DNA from: Deferribacterales bacterium
GTDB taxonomy: Bacteria; Chrysiogenota; Deferribacteres; Deferribacterales; Geovibrionaceae
Length of the DNA: 64,000 nt
Assembly (NCBI GenBank): GCA_050253075.1
Contig: JBFWJS010000001.1
Coordinates: 160,001 to 224,000 of the forward strand
Reading direction: 5' to 3'
Shown: piece by piece, positions 49,345-59,726 of the stretch
Layout of the letters: each line of letters opens with the position of its first letter
Position numbering within the stretch: position 1 is the first letter of the stretch
The notes under the pieces: generated by a model
Databases searched by the model: none
Told to the model about the DNA's origin: nothing
Seen by the model: only the letters and a program-made list of their open reading frames with translations
Position numbers and translations under genes: made by a program

Positions 49345-50844
49345 TTACTTCATCGCCACGGCGGCTGTCGCCATGTGGTCAACGAGGTGTTTTACACTTG
49401 CGTGCATATACTCAGTAAAGGTCTCAGGATACAGACCAATCCAGAACACTATGATCAGCAGAGGGAAGATATAAATAACTTCTCTCAGGTTCATATCTTT
49501 CAGGTTTTCCCATCTAGTGTTGAGCTGCTGATAAAGCACTCTCTGGTAAACCCAGAGCATGTAAACAGCGGAGAAGATAACACCGATCGCCGCAAGTATC
49601 GCCCAGTCGCTGAACGCCTGGAAAGCACCTACGAGAACGAGGAATTCACCGATGAATGCACCCATAGAAGGAAGACCGATAGAACCCATTGTAAAGATCA
49701 GGAAGATAGTAGCGAATACAGGTACGCTTTTAGCGATACCGCCGTAGTCGGATATCTCTCTGGTGTGTGTTCTTTCGTATATCAGACCTATCAGAAGGAA
49801 GAGTGCACCTGTGATGATACCGTGGTTAAACATCTGCAGGATACCGCCTTCAATACCGGCCTGATTAAGAGCATATATACCGAGTGTTACAAAACCCATG
49901 TGTGAAACAGATGAGTAAGCAACAAGTTTCTTAATGTCTTTCTGAACCATCGCAACAAGAGCACCGTAGATGATCGCTATGACAGACATCACTGCGACGA
50001 ACGGCATCAGCTTGATAGATGCGATAGGTGTCATTGGCAGACAGAATCTCAGCATACCGTAAGTACCCATCTTAAGAAGTACACCGGCAAGGATAACAGA
50101 TCCTGCTGTAGGCGCCTCAACGTGAGCGTCAGGAAGCCATGTGTGTACAGGGAACATAGGAACTTTAATGGCAAAGCCGAGGAAGAATGCACCGAAGATC
50201 AGCATCTGGAATCCAGGTGCGTAGCTTGCGTGCATAGCTGTTATCGACAGTATGTCGAATGTGTAGACTCCTGTAAGGGAACCGTGCTTGAAGTAGAGCG
50301 CGATGATCGCGATCATCATAAGTACGGAACCTGCAAATGTATACAGGAAGAACTTAACAGCAGCGTATACTCTTCTCTTACCGCCCCATACACCGATGAT
50401 GAGGTACATTGGGATAAGCATTGCTTCCCAAAGGATGTAGAAGAGGAAGAAGTCAAGAGCAAGGAACACACCGACCATACCTGTCTCAAGGATAAGCATA
50501 GAGATGTAGAACTCTTTCTGTCTCTTCTGGATGTAAGTAAAAGAGCCGAGTATAGCTATAGCTGTAAGCAGTGTTGTGAGGAAGATCATAAGGATAGATA
50601 TTCCGTCAACACCGACAGCATATTTAACCCCGATAGCAGGTATCCAGTCGAAACTTTCAACGAACTGCATAGCAGGGTTTGACTTATCAAAGTTAGTCAT
50701 AAGCGGAATAGTAAAGATGAACTCTACTATTGACGCTACAAAGGCAGCCCACATGGTAGCCTTTCCACTCTTAAAGAATATAAGGATGAAAAGTGCCGCC
50801 GCGAGCGGGAAGAAAATGAGAATGCTAAGAATGTTTTCCATCAT
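49345..50844 (-). CDS. nuoM: NADH-quinone oxidoreductase subunit M
   Basis: GVDGIS, WEAMLIPM, KVPMFPVHTWLPDAHVEAP, LAGVLLKMG. Confidence 0.97.
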   Translation of the reverse strand: MMENILSILIFFPLAAALFILIFFKSGKATMWAAFVASIVEFIFTIPLMTNFDKSNPAMQFVESFDWIPAIGVKYAVGVDGISILMIFLTTLLTAIAILGSFTYIQKRQKEFYISMLILETGMVGVFLALDFFLFYILWEAMLIPMYLIIGVWGGKRRVYAAVKFFLYTFAGSVLMMIAIIALYFKHGSLTGVYTFDILSITAMHASYAPGFQMLIFGAFFLGFAIKVPMFPVHTWLPDAHVEAPTAGSVILAGVLLKMGTYGMLRFCLPMTPIASIKLMPFVAVMSVIAIIYGALVAMVQKDIKKLVAYSSVSHMGFVTLGIYALNQAGIEGGILQMFNHGIITGALFLLIGLIYERTHTREISDYGGIAKSVPVFATIFLIFTMGSIGLPSMGAFIGEFLVLVGAFQAFSDWAILAAIGVIFSAVYMLWVYQRVLYQQLNTRWENLKDMNLREVIYIFPLLIIVFWIGLYPETFTEYMHASVKHLVDHMATAAVAMK

Positions 50845-50857
50845 CTTTCCATCCCCC

Positions 50858-52774
50858 TTACACTGTGTAGAATATTGTGATCAGAACTATCACACCGACA
50901 GCCATTGTAAAAATGTATGTCTGTAAACGTCCTGTCTGTACGTGTCTTACAACTCCGGATAACCACATTGGAACACGTCCGAAGGCGTTTACAATGAAGT
51001 CGATGAAGTTAGCATCGAAACCTCTCCAAAGCATGTTGGAGATTGTTACGATAGGGTGTACGAATAAGAAGTCATAAAGCTCATCGAAGTACCATTTGTT
51101 AAGAAGGAACTTGTGGATAGGCTTAAATGTCTTAACTGTTTTCTCAGGCAGTGCCGGGAACATCTTAACATAAAACAGGTAAGATACGAATATACCGGCA
51201 GCAGCAACCGCGATGGAGAGCAGCATCAGCATTGTAGCTGTAGAGTGCTCCATGTGGTGCGGATGTGCGTGAGCAGGTGTAAGCACTGGTCCGAGGAAGT
51301 GGTGGATGTATCCGTTTTCAAGCGGATATCCGAATACCATACCCACGAGAACTGAAAGTATAGCAAGGAACACAAGTGGTCCGGCCATAGTCCATGGAGA
51401 TTCGTGAGCGTGATCGTGCAGATGCTGATCTCTCGGTGTTCCCTGGAACACGAGGAAGTAGGATCTGAACATATAGAATGCAGTCATACCTGCAACAGCT
51501 GTACCAACGAACCATGCGATGTTATGTCCGCCTGCGAATGTCATGGCAAGGATCTCATCCTTAGACCAGAAACCGGCAAGTGGCGGAATACCGGCGATTG
51601 CGATACAACCTATAAGGTATGTCCAATGTGTAACAGGCATTTTCTTCTTAAGTCCACCCATTATTCTTACGTCCAGCTGGTCATGCATAGCGTGCATAAC
51701 AGAACCGGAGCAAAGGAAGAGAAGACCTTTGAACATAGCGTGTGTGAAAAGGTGGAAGATAGCTGCAACATATGCACCCACACCAGTAGCCATGATCATG
51801 TAACCAAGCTGTGATACTGTGGAGTAAGCAAGGATTCTCTTAAGGTCGTACTGTGTAAGACCGATAGAAGCACCGAGGAATGCTGTCATAGCACCCGCGA
51901 ACACAACGAACTGAGAAGTCATGTGCGCTTCAGAGAAAAGAGCGTTACATCTAGCAACCATGTAAACACCGGCTGTAACCATTGTTGCCGCGTGGATAAG
52001 AGCGGAAACCGGTGTAGGACCTTCCATCGCATCCGGCAGCCATGTGTGCAGAGGGAACTGAGCAGATTTACCCATCGCTCCGCAGAAGAGACCGAATGTC
52101 ATAAGGTCGATAAGAGGGAGCTTCATGCCGAAGACAACAAAGCCTGCCTCTTTAATATGATGAATAGCTTCTGTGTTGAAAGCATCGGAGTACTGTACGC
52201 TTCTGAAAGTCACGATCACAAGAAGGAGACCGACATAGAAACCAAAGTCACCGATACGGTTCATAACGAAAGCTTTCTTACATGCATCAGCTGCGCTCTT
52301 TTTGTGGAACCAGAAACCGATAAGCAGGTATGAAGACAGACCCACAAGTTCCCAGCCGACAAAGAGCATAAGGAAGTTGTTACCAAGAACAAGTACAAGC
52401 ATGGAAAGTGTGAACACTGAAAGATATGTGAAGAATCTCCAGAATCCAGCATCACCGTGCATATAACCGATGGAGTATATATGAACCATCAGAGAGATTG
52501 TCGTAACAACTATAAGCATGATGGATGACAGCGGATCGATCAGTATACCAAATGGTATGGTGAGTTTACCCGCTACAACCCAGGTGTATAGTGTACCGTC
52601 TACGCTGAAACCTTGAGAAACAAGGTAGAATAATATAAGCGCGCAGATCCAGGAAACACTGACACCAGCGATAGCCACGATTGGTGCGGCATTTTTGATG
52701 TATCTTCTACCGAGAAGACCGTTTATCAAAAACGCAACAAGTGGCCCGAGTAGTGTTAATACTGCAAAAATCAT
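50858..52774 (-). CDS. nuoL: NADH-quinone oxidoreductase subunit L
   Basis: GWELVG, NRIGD, GKSAQFPLHTWLPDAMEGPTPVSALIHAATMV. Confidence 0.97.
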   Translation of the reverse strand: MIFAVLTLLGPLVAFLINGLLGRRYIKNAAPIVAIAGVSVSWICALILFYLVSQGFSVDGTLYTWVVAGKLTIPFGILIDPLSSIMLIVVTTISLMVHIYSIGYMHGDAGFWRFFTYLSVFTLSMLVLVLGNNFLMLFVGWELVGLSSYLLIGFWFHKKSAADACKKAFVMNRIGDFGFYVGLLLVIVTFRSVQYSDAFNTEAIHHIKEAGFVVFGMKLPLIDLMTFGLFCGAMGKSAQFPLHTWLPDAMEGPTPVSALIHAATMVTAGVYMVARCNALFSEAHMTSQFVVFAGAMTAFLGASIGLTQYDLKRILAYSTVSQLGYMIMATGVGAYVAAIFHLFTHAMFKGLLFLCSGSVMHAMHDQLDVRIMGGLKKKMPVTHWTYLIGCIAIAGIPPLAGFWSKDEILAMTFAGGHNIAWFVGTAVAGMTAFYMFRSYFLVFQGTPRDQHLHDHAHESPWTMAGPLVFLAILSVLVGMVFGYPLENGYIHHFLGPVLTPAHAHPHHMEHSTATMLMLLSIAVAAAGIFVSYLFYVKMFPALPEKTVKTFKPIHKFLLNKWYFDELYDFLFVHPIVTISNMLWRGFDANFIDFIVNAFGRVPMWLSGVVRHVQTGRLQTYIFTMAVGVIVLITIFYTV

Positions 52775-52783
52775 AACCTACCT

Positions 52784-53086
52784 CTACCCTCTCATTGTAT
52801 TAATTTCATCAGCGTTGATGGTCTGCTTGTTTCTGAACATCGTGATGAACAGAGCAAGACCAACAGCGGCTTCAGCAGCAGCTACAGCCATGACGAACAC
52901 GATAAAAACCTGTCCGCTCATGGACTGAAGGTGGTTCGAAAAAGCTGCGAGGTTGATGTTAACGGCGTTAAGCATCAATTCCAGTGACATGAACATAACT
53001 ATGAGGTTTCTGCGAATCAGAACACCTGCCATGCCAATGGCAAAGATGATACCGCTCAGAACAAGATAATGTGCAAGCGTAAGCAT
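52784..53086 (-). CDS. nuoK: NADH-quinone oxidoreductase subunit K
   Basis: [22 protein letters not shown]. Confidence 0.97.
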   Translation of the reverse strand: MLTLAHYLVLSGIIFAIGMAGVLIRRNLIVMFMSLELMLNAVNINLAAFSNHLQSMSGQVFIVFVMAVAAAEAAVGLALFITMFRNKQTINADEINTMRG

Positions 53087-53096
53087 CTTTTCCCCC

Positions 53097-53609
53097 TTAA
53101 TCCTTTTTCGCTATTACAATTGCGCCGATCATTGCTACGAGGAGCATGATAGAAACTATCTCGAAAGGCACAAGGTAAGTTGTGAAAAGTTCAATACCGA
53201 ACAGTTTTACGTTTCCGAAGTTGTGCGGATCCGCAATACCTGTAAGCTTTGCTGTTTTGATGACATCAGCACCCATGAGAGTCATTACAACCTGAAGGAA
53301 AAGAACAAGAGCTACGATTCCTCCGAGTATAACTTTAAACGGCATCTTAATGAAGCCGGTAGACTTTGGATTGAGCAGCATCACAACAAACATATACAGA
53401 ACCAGAATCGCTCCTGCATATACCATTACCTGAATAGCCGCAATGAACTCGGCGTCAAGCTGTACGAAGATACCAGCTACACAGAAAAATGTGAGCAGCA
53501 TCCACAGTGCTGAATGAACAGGGTTTTCTCTGGTTATAAGAAACAGAGCAGATACAACCGCAGTGATTCCCAGCACCCAGAATCCTATGTTTGCCAGAAT
53601 TGCGTTCAT
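53097..53609 (-). CDS. nuoJ: NADH-quinone oxidoreductase subunit J
   Basis: NPVHSAL, AEF...[15 protein letters not shown]...LLVAMIGA. Confidence 0.96.
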   Translation of the reverse strand: MNAILANIGFWVLGITAVVSALFLITRENPVHSALWMLLTFFCVAGIFVQLDAEFIAAIQVMVYAGAILVLYMFVVMLLNPKSTGFIKMPFKVILGGIVALVLFLQVVMTLMGADVIKTAKLTGIADPHNFGNVKLFGIELFTTYLVPFEIVSIMLLVAMIGAIVIAKKD

Positions 53610-54112
53610 TGCTTAACTCCTTCAACAAGTTTCTTTTTGAGATGCTTATTCTTCCAGTTACCTTCAAGGTTGTCCTTGTAGTTCTGGGAAAGTGTCTTCA
53701 TGTTGATGACATAGTTGTCTCTTGTGGAGTCAACTATGTTCCACTCCCATCCCATGTGGATGGCGTCAACAGGGCAGACCTCTTCGCAGTATCCGCAATA
53801 GATACATCTGGAAAGGTCGAGCTCGTACTTTCTGATAAGTCTCTCGCCGTTTGGACCGCAGTCAGTTTCGATGTGGATACACTCTGAAGGGCAAACCTTC
53901 TGGCAGAGGTAACAACCCACACACTTTGTGCTGCCGTCAGCGTGTGTCTTTATATACTGAACACCTCTGAATCTATCCTGTATAGGAGTAGCTTCATAGG
54001 GGTATTTGTAAGTCACAGGTTTTGTAAACATGTGCTTCAGGGTAATGCTGAGACCCTTGAGGATTTCAGTAAAGAAAAGTGTTTCAAATACGTTCTTTCT
54101 CATTTTCATCAC
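53606..54112 (-). CDS. nuoI: NADH-quinone oxidoreductase subunit I
   Basis: YPYE..RFRG; CVGCYLCQKVCP and CIYCGYCEEVCP. Confidence 0.96.
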   Translation of the reverse strand: MMKMRKNVFETLFFTEILKGLSITLKHMFTKPVTYKYPYEATPIQDRFRGVQYIKTHADGSTKCVGCYLCQKVCPSECIHIETDCGPNGERLIRKYELDLSRCIYCGYCEEVCPVDAIHMGWEWNIVDSTRDNYVINMKTLSQNYKDNLEGNWKNKHLKKKLVEGVKQ

Positions 54113-54115
54113 CCC

Positions 54116-55102
54116 TTAATTCCTTACCGCGTATACAACAATACTTGTTACAAGCAGGTTGCAGAGTGCGATAGGAATAAGTATTTTCCATCCAAGGCTC
54201 ATAAGCTGATCGTATCTGAGTCGTGGGAGCGTAGCTCTCAGCCACAGATAGAAGAACATGAATGCAAGCATCTTAATGAGCATCCAAGCGAGCGGTGGAA
54301 GAAGAGGACCGTTGTAACCGCCGAGGAACATAACTGCACATATAGCAGAGATGACCCACATGTTTGCGTATTCGCCGAGGAAGAACATTGCAAACCTCAT
54401 AGATGAATACTCAGTGTGGAAACCGGAGACAATCTCTGTCTCTGCTTCCGCAAGGTCAAACGGAGCTCTGTTTGTCTCAGCAACGGCTGAGATAGTAAAT
54501 ATTACAAATGCAACAATCTGTGGAACGATGTACCACATACCGGCCTGTGCATCAACGATGCTCTTGAGGCTGAGTGAGCCAGCAAGAAGGACAGGACCGA
54601 TGAGTGAGAGTCCCAGAGCTGTTTCATAACTGATAACCTGAGCTGTAGAACGAAGAGAACCAAGTGTGGAATACTTCGAGTTAGAAGCCCAACCGGACAT
54701 AATGATACCGTAGACACCCACAGAAGAGAGTGCCAGCAGGTAAAGAAGTCCGACATTGATATCAGCTACATAAGGCTGAACCTGCATGCCGAAGAGAGTC
54801 ATCTCATCAGCAAAAGGTATAACCGCGAAGCCGGCAAGACCCGGAACCATGCCAAGAAAAGGTGCGACATAGAATACAGGTTTATCAACCATATCTGGTG
54901 TCATATCTTCTTTAGCAAAGAGTTTCAGACCGTCGGCTAAGGGCTGCAGAAGTCCTTTAGGACCTGTGTGCGATGGACCGAGACGTACCTGCATATGACC
55001 GATAACCTTTCTTTCAGCATAGGTCATATAGGCAACACCGGTAAGCGTGCACACAACTATAATCAGTATCTTGATTAGTGTGAAGACAATCGCGAGTACC
55101 AT
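54116..55102 (-). CDS. nuoH: NADH-quinone oxidoreductase subunit H
   Basis: ERKV..Q.R.GP, GLLQPLADGLK, AETNRAPFDL.EAE, PRLRYDQLM. Confidence 0.97.
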   Translation of the reverse strand: MVLAIVFTLIKILIIVVCTLTGVAYMTYAERKVIGHMQVRLGPSHTGPKGLLQPLADGLKLFAKEDMTPDMVDKPVFYVAPFLGMVPGLAGFAVIPFADEMTLFGMQVQPYVADINVGLLYLLALSSVGVYGIIMSGWASNSKYSTLGSLRSTAQVISYETALGLSLIGPVLLAGSLSLKSIVDAQAGMWYIVPQIVAFVIFTISAVAETNRAPFDLAEAETEIVSGFHTEYSSMRFAMFFLGEYANMWVISAICAVMFLGGYNGPLLPPLAWMLIKMLAFMFFYLWLRATLPRLRYDQLMSLGWKILIPIALCNLLVTSIVVYAVRN

Positions 55103-55129
55103 TCCCCTACCTCTTATCTATAACTTTCA

Positions 55130-57376
55130 TTACTTACTTATTTCCGCTTTCAGATATCTTCCGAGTGAGAAGATATCGGCTGTCGAAACAAAATCCTCAG
55201 GGAGTGTTACACAACCCTTTGTCATTTGCTTATCTATCTCAACAACAAACTCACCGGAGAAGCCGTCGCCTTTAACTTTGGCTGTGTCGCCGTTGTTAAG
55301 TCCGAGAGCTTTCGCATCGTCCACGCCGAGTGTGAGCTTCGGAGAGCCATACACCTTAGCGAGGTCAGGTGACCATCTTGTATAAGAACCTGAATGCAGC
55401 CTGAGGCTAGCGGGATAAAGGTAGAACTTGCCGTTGCCTTTGGCTGTGGCTGCGACCTTCTCAGCATCAGCTTTGAAAACTGATGGATAGGCTACAGTAC
55501 CGCCGTCCCACTCGACACCGGAGTAAAGTTTCACCTCTTTTTCAATGAGACCTCTTACAGCATAAGCGTCTGTAGGAAGCTCTGCACCGAGAGCCTTAGC
55601 GAGCTTAGCAATAACTTCAGCATCTGAAGGTACGCCTTTGTCAACAGCCTTGCTTACGAGCTGAACTCTTCCCTCAAGGTTAGTGAAGGAACCGCTCTTC
55701 TCGGCAAATGTAGCAACAGGAACGTAAACGCTCGCTGCTTTAGCTGTTTCGCTCATGAAAGGATCGGTAACCATAAGCAGATCAAGTTTCGCAAATGCGC
55801 CTGCGAGCTTGCTCCAGCCTGTTCTGGTGAGGATGTTTTCTCCGAGGCAGATCACATTTTTGATCTTTCCGGATTCAACACCTGCAGCGAATTCAGCAGG
55901 AGATTTAGCTGCGCATCCCATATCTACGATACCAACAGAGTTGTTCTTAGACTTAGCAGGGACCAGCTTGATCTTATCACAAGCCTTTTTGATGGCCTGT
56001 GCAATATAAGTGTCTGCTTCGTTGTACGGATCGAAGACAACAACAGGTCTCTCAGCGTTTACAAGCGCCTTAGCCTCTGCTGCGTATTCATTCTCCGCAC
56101 CGCCGACAGCAGCACAGAATTTCTCCATCTCGCCGTGAAGCTCTTCAGGGTTGCCTGTTACAAATTTTGTAGCGACTCTTCTGAGAGCAGTGAAGCTAGG
56201 GTAGAAAACTGTGAGAGGAGCCTCACCTTTTCTAGCCGCAACTCTTACTGCGAGACCAAGAATTGGATTGGATTCTGTAACGTTGATGTTAAGAACTGCG
56301 ACTGCATCGGAGCCCTCTACATCTGCGTATGTTGCCTCAGGGTTGATAGCGTCTGTCTCTGTGGAGTAGATGCTGCCTGTGCCGATAACGCCTGCGAGCT
56401 TAGTAGCGAGGAATGCTTCCTCGTTTGTAAGTCTAGGTGAAACAACAACAGCAACACTATCCTTAGCAGCTGCTTTAAGTTTTTCGGCAGCGTACTCGAC
56501 AGCTTCGTCTATAGAAACTTTTTTAGCTTCGCCGCTTACTTTAACCTGAGCCTCAGTTTCACGCTTTACGCTGTTCATAAAGTCGAAACCGAAACGTCCC
56601 TTAGCACACATGTATCCGTGGTTAACGCCTTCTTCAGGCATTTCATTCATACGGAATACTTCGTTTCCTTCGTAGTCTATGCTGACAGTACATCCGCAAG
56701 AGCAGAGACCGCAGACAGTCTTTTCACTTTCGAGGTTCCATGGTCTGTTTTTGAACAGGTACACTCTGTTGTTAAGTGAGCCGACCGGACATACGCTGAT
56801 ACACTGACCGCAGTATTCACAGTTCCAAGGCTGCTCGAATGAAGTACCGATGATAGTATCTGTACCTCTGTTAAGGAATGAAATAGCCTCAACGTTTACA
56901 ACCTCGTCACATATACGTACGCAGCGTCCGCAAAGTACACATCTGTCGATGTCCCTCTCGATGAAAGGGTTTGTGTGGTCAACAGGTGTATCGTTAGGAA
57001 CAGCGTCGAAACGAACTTTTGTAACACCGACTTCATAAGTAAGGTCTTGCAGAGTACACTCGCCGCCTTTGTCACAAACAGGACAGTCAAGCGGGTGGTT
57101 GATAAGAAGCAGCTCGATAGCTGTCTTACGTACTCTGGAGAGCTTCTCAGATTCGGTAACGATTTCCATTTTATCGGTTACAGGTGTTGTACAAGCGGCC
57201 TGAAGCTTTGGCATACCGACCTGCTCAACAAGACAAACCCTGCAAGCACCGAAAGGATTAAGCCTGGAGTCGTGACAAAGCACTGGAATGTGAACCCCGG
57301 CCTCTTTTGCGGCATCGAGTATCGTAGTTCCCGCTGGAACCTCAACCTCTTTTCCGTTTATTTTTACAGTAAGCAT
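55130..57376 (-). CDS. nuoG: NADH-quinone oxidoreductase subunit G, Fe-S-rich variant
   Basis: GACRVC [2Fe-2S]; HPLDCPVCDKGGEC; CVLCGRCVRIC + CEYCGQCISVCP; CGLCSCGC..CAKG. Confidence 0.92.
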   Translation of the reverse strand: MLTVKINGKEVEVPAGTTILDAAKEAGVHIPVLCHDSRLNPFGACRVCLVEQVGMPKLQAACTTPVTDKMEIVTESEKLSRVRKTAIELLLINHPLDCPVCDKGGECTLQDLTYEVGVTKVRFDAVPNDTPVDHTNPFIERDIDRCVLCGRCVRICDEVVNVEAISFLNRGTDTIIGTSFEQPWNCEYCGQCISVCPVGSLNNRVYLFKNRPWNLESEKTVCGLCSCGCTVSIDYEGNEVFRMNEMPEEGVNHGYMCAKGRFGFDFMNSVKRETEAQVKVSGEAKKVSIDEAVEYAAEKLKAAAKDSVAVVVSPRLTNEEAFLATKLAGVIGTGSIYSTETDAINPEATYADVEGSDAVAVLNINVTESNPILGLAVRVAARKGEAPLTVFYPSFTALRRVATKFVTGNPEELHGEMEKFCAAVGGAENEYAAEAKALVNAERPVVVFDPYNEADTYIAQAIKKACDKIKLVPAKSKNNSVGIVDMGCAAKSPAEFAAGVESGKIKNVICLGENILTRTGWSKLAGAFAKLDLLMVTDPFMSETAKAASVYVPVATFAEKSGSFTNLEGRVQLVSKAVDKGVPSDAEVIAKLAKALGAELPTDAYAVRGLIEKEVKLYSGVEWDGGTVAYPSVFKADAEKVAATAKGNGKFYLYPASLRLHSGSYTRWSPDLAKVYGSPKLTLGVDDAKALGLNNGDTAKVKGDGFSGEFVVEIDKQMTKGCVTLPEDFVSTADIFSLGRYLKAEISK

Positions 57377-57395
57377 ACTGAAATTCTCCTCGGTC

Positions 57396-59192
57396 CTAAT
57401 CTATCGCGTTAAATGGACAGTTCACGATACACTCGCGACACTTAACGCATTTTTCATTGTCGATAACTGCATAAGTACCTTTCTCCCATGTGATAGCATC
57501 AACAGGGCAAGCCTTTTTACAGAGACCGCATTTTTTACATCTCTCGTCGACAACAACAAACTCGATGAGCTCTGCACATTCCCTTGCAGGACACTTCTTA
57601 TCAAAAATATGAGCTTCATATTCATGTCTGAAGTATTTGATTGTCGTAAGTACCGGGTTCGGAGCTGTTTGTCCGAGACCGCAGAGAGAAGCTGTCTTAA
57701 TATCCTCACCGAGCTGAAGGAGCAGATCGATATCTTCTGCGCGTCCTTTACCGGTTGTGATTCTGTCCAGGATATCAAGCATTGTCTTAGTTCCGATTCG
57801 ACATGGTATACATTTACCACAGGACTCTCTCTGTGTGAATGTAAGGAAGAACTGTGCAACGTTAACCATGCAGTTAGTCTCATCCATTACAACCACACCG
57901 CCGGATCCCATCATAGCTCCAGCCTGGATAAGTGAGTCGTAGTCGATTGGTGTTTCAAGGTGGTCAGGTGTAAGACATCCGCCGGATGGTCCGCCGAGCT
58001 GAACAGCCTTGAACTTTCTCTTTTTAGGGATACCGCCGCCAACGTCAAAGATGAGCTCGCGTACAGTAATACCCATAGGAACTTCCACAAGACCGGAAGA
58101 TTTAATCTTTCCTGAAAGAGCAAAGATCTTTGTACCTTTTGATTTTTCAGTACCGATGTTTGCATACCACTCAGATCCCTTAAGTACGATGTTAGGGAGG
58201 TTAGCAAAAGTCTCAACGTTGTTAACGTTGGATGGTTTCTGCCAGAGTCCTCTAACAGCAGGGAAAGGAGGTCTTGGTCTTGGCATTCCTCTTTCGCCTT
58301 CGATAGATGCAATAAGAGCTGTCTCTTCACCACAAACGAAAGCACCGGCACCGGCCTTCAGCTTAAGTTTGAAGTTGTATTCTGTACCGAATACGTGCTT
58401 GCCGAGATACCCGGCAGCTTCTGCATCTGCGATAGCTTTTATAACTCTTTCAATTGCCAGCGGATATTCCGCACGGCAGTAGATGTAGCCTTCATCACAG
58501 CCGATTGCATAACCTGCAATAAGCATACCTTCGATAACGGCGTGCGGGTTACCCTCGATGATGGAACGGTCCATGAACGCTCCCGGGTCACCCTCATCCG
58601 CATTACAGATAAGGTATTTGTGATCTTCAGTTTTGCTTCCTCTACAGAATGTCCATTTAAGACCTGTAGGGAAACCACCGCCCCCACGACCGCGGAGACC
58701 GGACTTTTTAACTTCTTCGATGACATCCTCAGGCTTCATTGTGAGAGCTTTTTTGATGGCTTCGTAGCCGCCGTGCTTCACATAGTCCTCAAGGCTTTCC
58801 GGGTCTACGCGACCGCAGTCATGAAGAACATAACGCTTTTGTTTATCGTAGAACTGGAAGTAGTCAGCTTTGGCAGCCCACTTTTCAACAACATTGCCGC
58901 CGACGATGTGCTCTTCTACAATAGTAGGAACCATCTCAGCAGTAACGTGCTCGTAAGTGATGCCTTTTTCAGCGCCAGGAATGTAGACGTCTATAAGAAC
59001 GTCACGGGCACAAAGACCCCTGCATCCTGTCTGCTTAGCTTCACAGTTTCTTTCTTTAGATTCAGCGTTTTTGAGACCATGCTTCTCGAACTCAGCGTCG
59101 AGAGCCTCCATGACCTCTTTCGCGCCTGATGCCACCCCAGCGGTACCCATACAGACGTGAACTTCAACGTGATCTGTTTTATAATCGTTCAT
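57396..59192 (-). CDS. nuoF: NADH-quinone oxidoreductase subunit F, long HydB/BfuB-type
   Basis: SGLRGRGGGGFPTG, NADEGDPGAFMDR, CGEETAL, ESCGKCIPCR; extra N-terminal thioredoxin-like and C-terminal 2[4Fe-4S] domains. Confidence 0.92.
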   Translation of the reverse strand: MNDYKTDHVEVHVCMGTAGVASGAKEVMEALDAEFEKHGLKNAESKERNCEAKQTGCRGLCARDVLIDVYIPGAEKGITYEHVTAEMVPTIVEEHIVGGNVVEKWAAKADYFQFYDKQKRYVLHDCGRVDPESLEDYVKHGGYEAIKKALTMKPEDVIEEVKKSGLRGRGGGGFPTGLKWTFCRGSKTEDHKYLICNADEGDPGAFMDRSIIEGNPHAVIEGMLIAGYAIGCDEGYIYCRAEYPLAIERVIKAIADAEAAGYLGKHVFGTEYNFKLKLKAGAGAFVCGEETALIASIEGERGMPRPRPPFPAVRGLWQKPSNVNNVETFANLPNIVLKGSEWYANIGTEKSKGTKIFALSGKIKSSGLVEVPMGITVRELIFDVGGGIPKKRKFKAVQLGGPSGGCLTPDHLETPIDYDSLIQAGAMMGSGGVVVMDETNCMVNVAQFFLTFTQRESCGKCIPCRIGTKTMLDILDRITTGKGRAEDIDLLLQLGEDIKTASLCGLGQTAPNPVLTTIKYFRHEYEAHIFDKKCPARECAELIEFVVVDERCKKCGLCKKACPVDAITWEKGTYAVIDNEKCVKCRECIVNCPFNAID

Positions 59193-59201
59193 AACCTGCC
59201 C

Positions 59202-59714
59202 CTATGCTTCCGGAAGATTTGCCGCATAATCCTTAAAGATCTTTCTGGCATCTTCAGGCTTAAGGTTACCGTATGTTTTATTGTTAATCATGATAACGGG
59301 AGCCATACCGCATGCACCGATGCATGAAACCTCTTCAAGTGTGAAAAGGAGGTCAGCACTTGTTTCACCGTTAGCAATTTTAAACTCTTCGCCGACAATC
59401 TCTGAAATACGTCCGGAACCCTGAACGTGACAAGCAGTTCCTCTGCAAACCCTGATGATGTATTTACCACGAGGTTTTGTATAGAACTGTGCGTAGAAGG
59501 TGATCACACCGTAAATAGTGTGAGGAGACATATTCATATTGTCAGCAATTCTTTCAACCAGCTCCGGGAAGAGAAAACCGTAAGCGTCCTGAGTCTGCTG
59601 AAGAACAGGTATTGTTGCTCCAGGCCAGTCTTTGTACTTCTCACAGATCTCGTCGCACATAGCGGGATCGAATTCTTGAGTTTCTTCTTGTTCTACTACT
59701 TCATTCTCTGCCAT
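59202..59714 (-). CDS. nuoE: NADH-quinone oxidoreductase subunit E
   Basis: TFYAQF, CRGTACHV, CIGACGMAP. Confidence 0.94.
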   Translation of the reverse strand: MAENEVVEQEETQEFDPAMCDEICEKYKDWPGATIPVLQQTQDAYGFLFPELVERIADNMNMSPHTIYGVITFYAQFYTKPRGKYIIRVCRGTACHVQGSGRISEIVGEEFKIANGETSADLLFTLEEVSCIGACGMAPVIMINNKTYGNLKPEDARKIFKDYAANLPEA

Positions 59715-59726
59715 TTCTGCTTCCCC

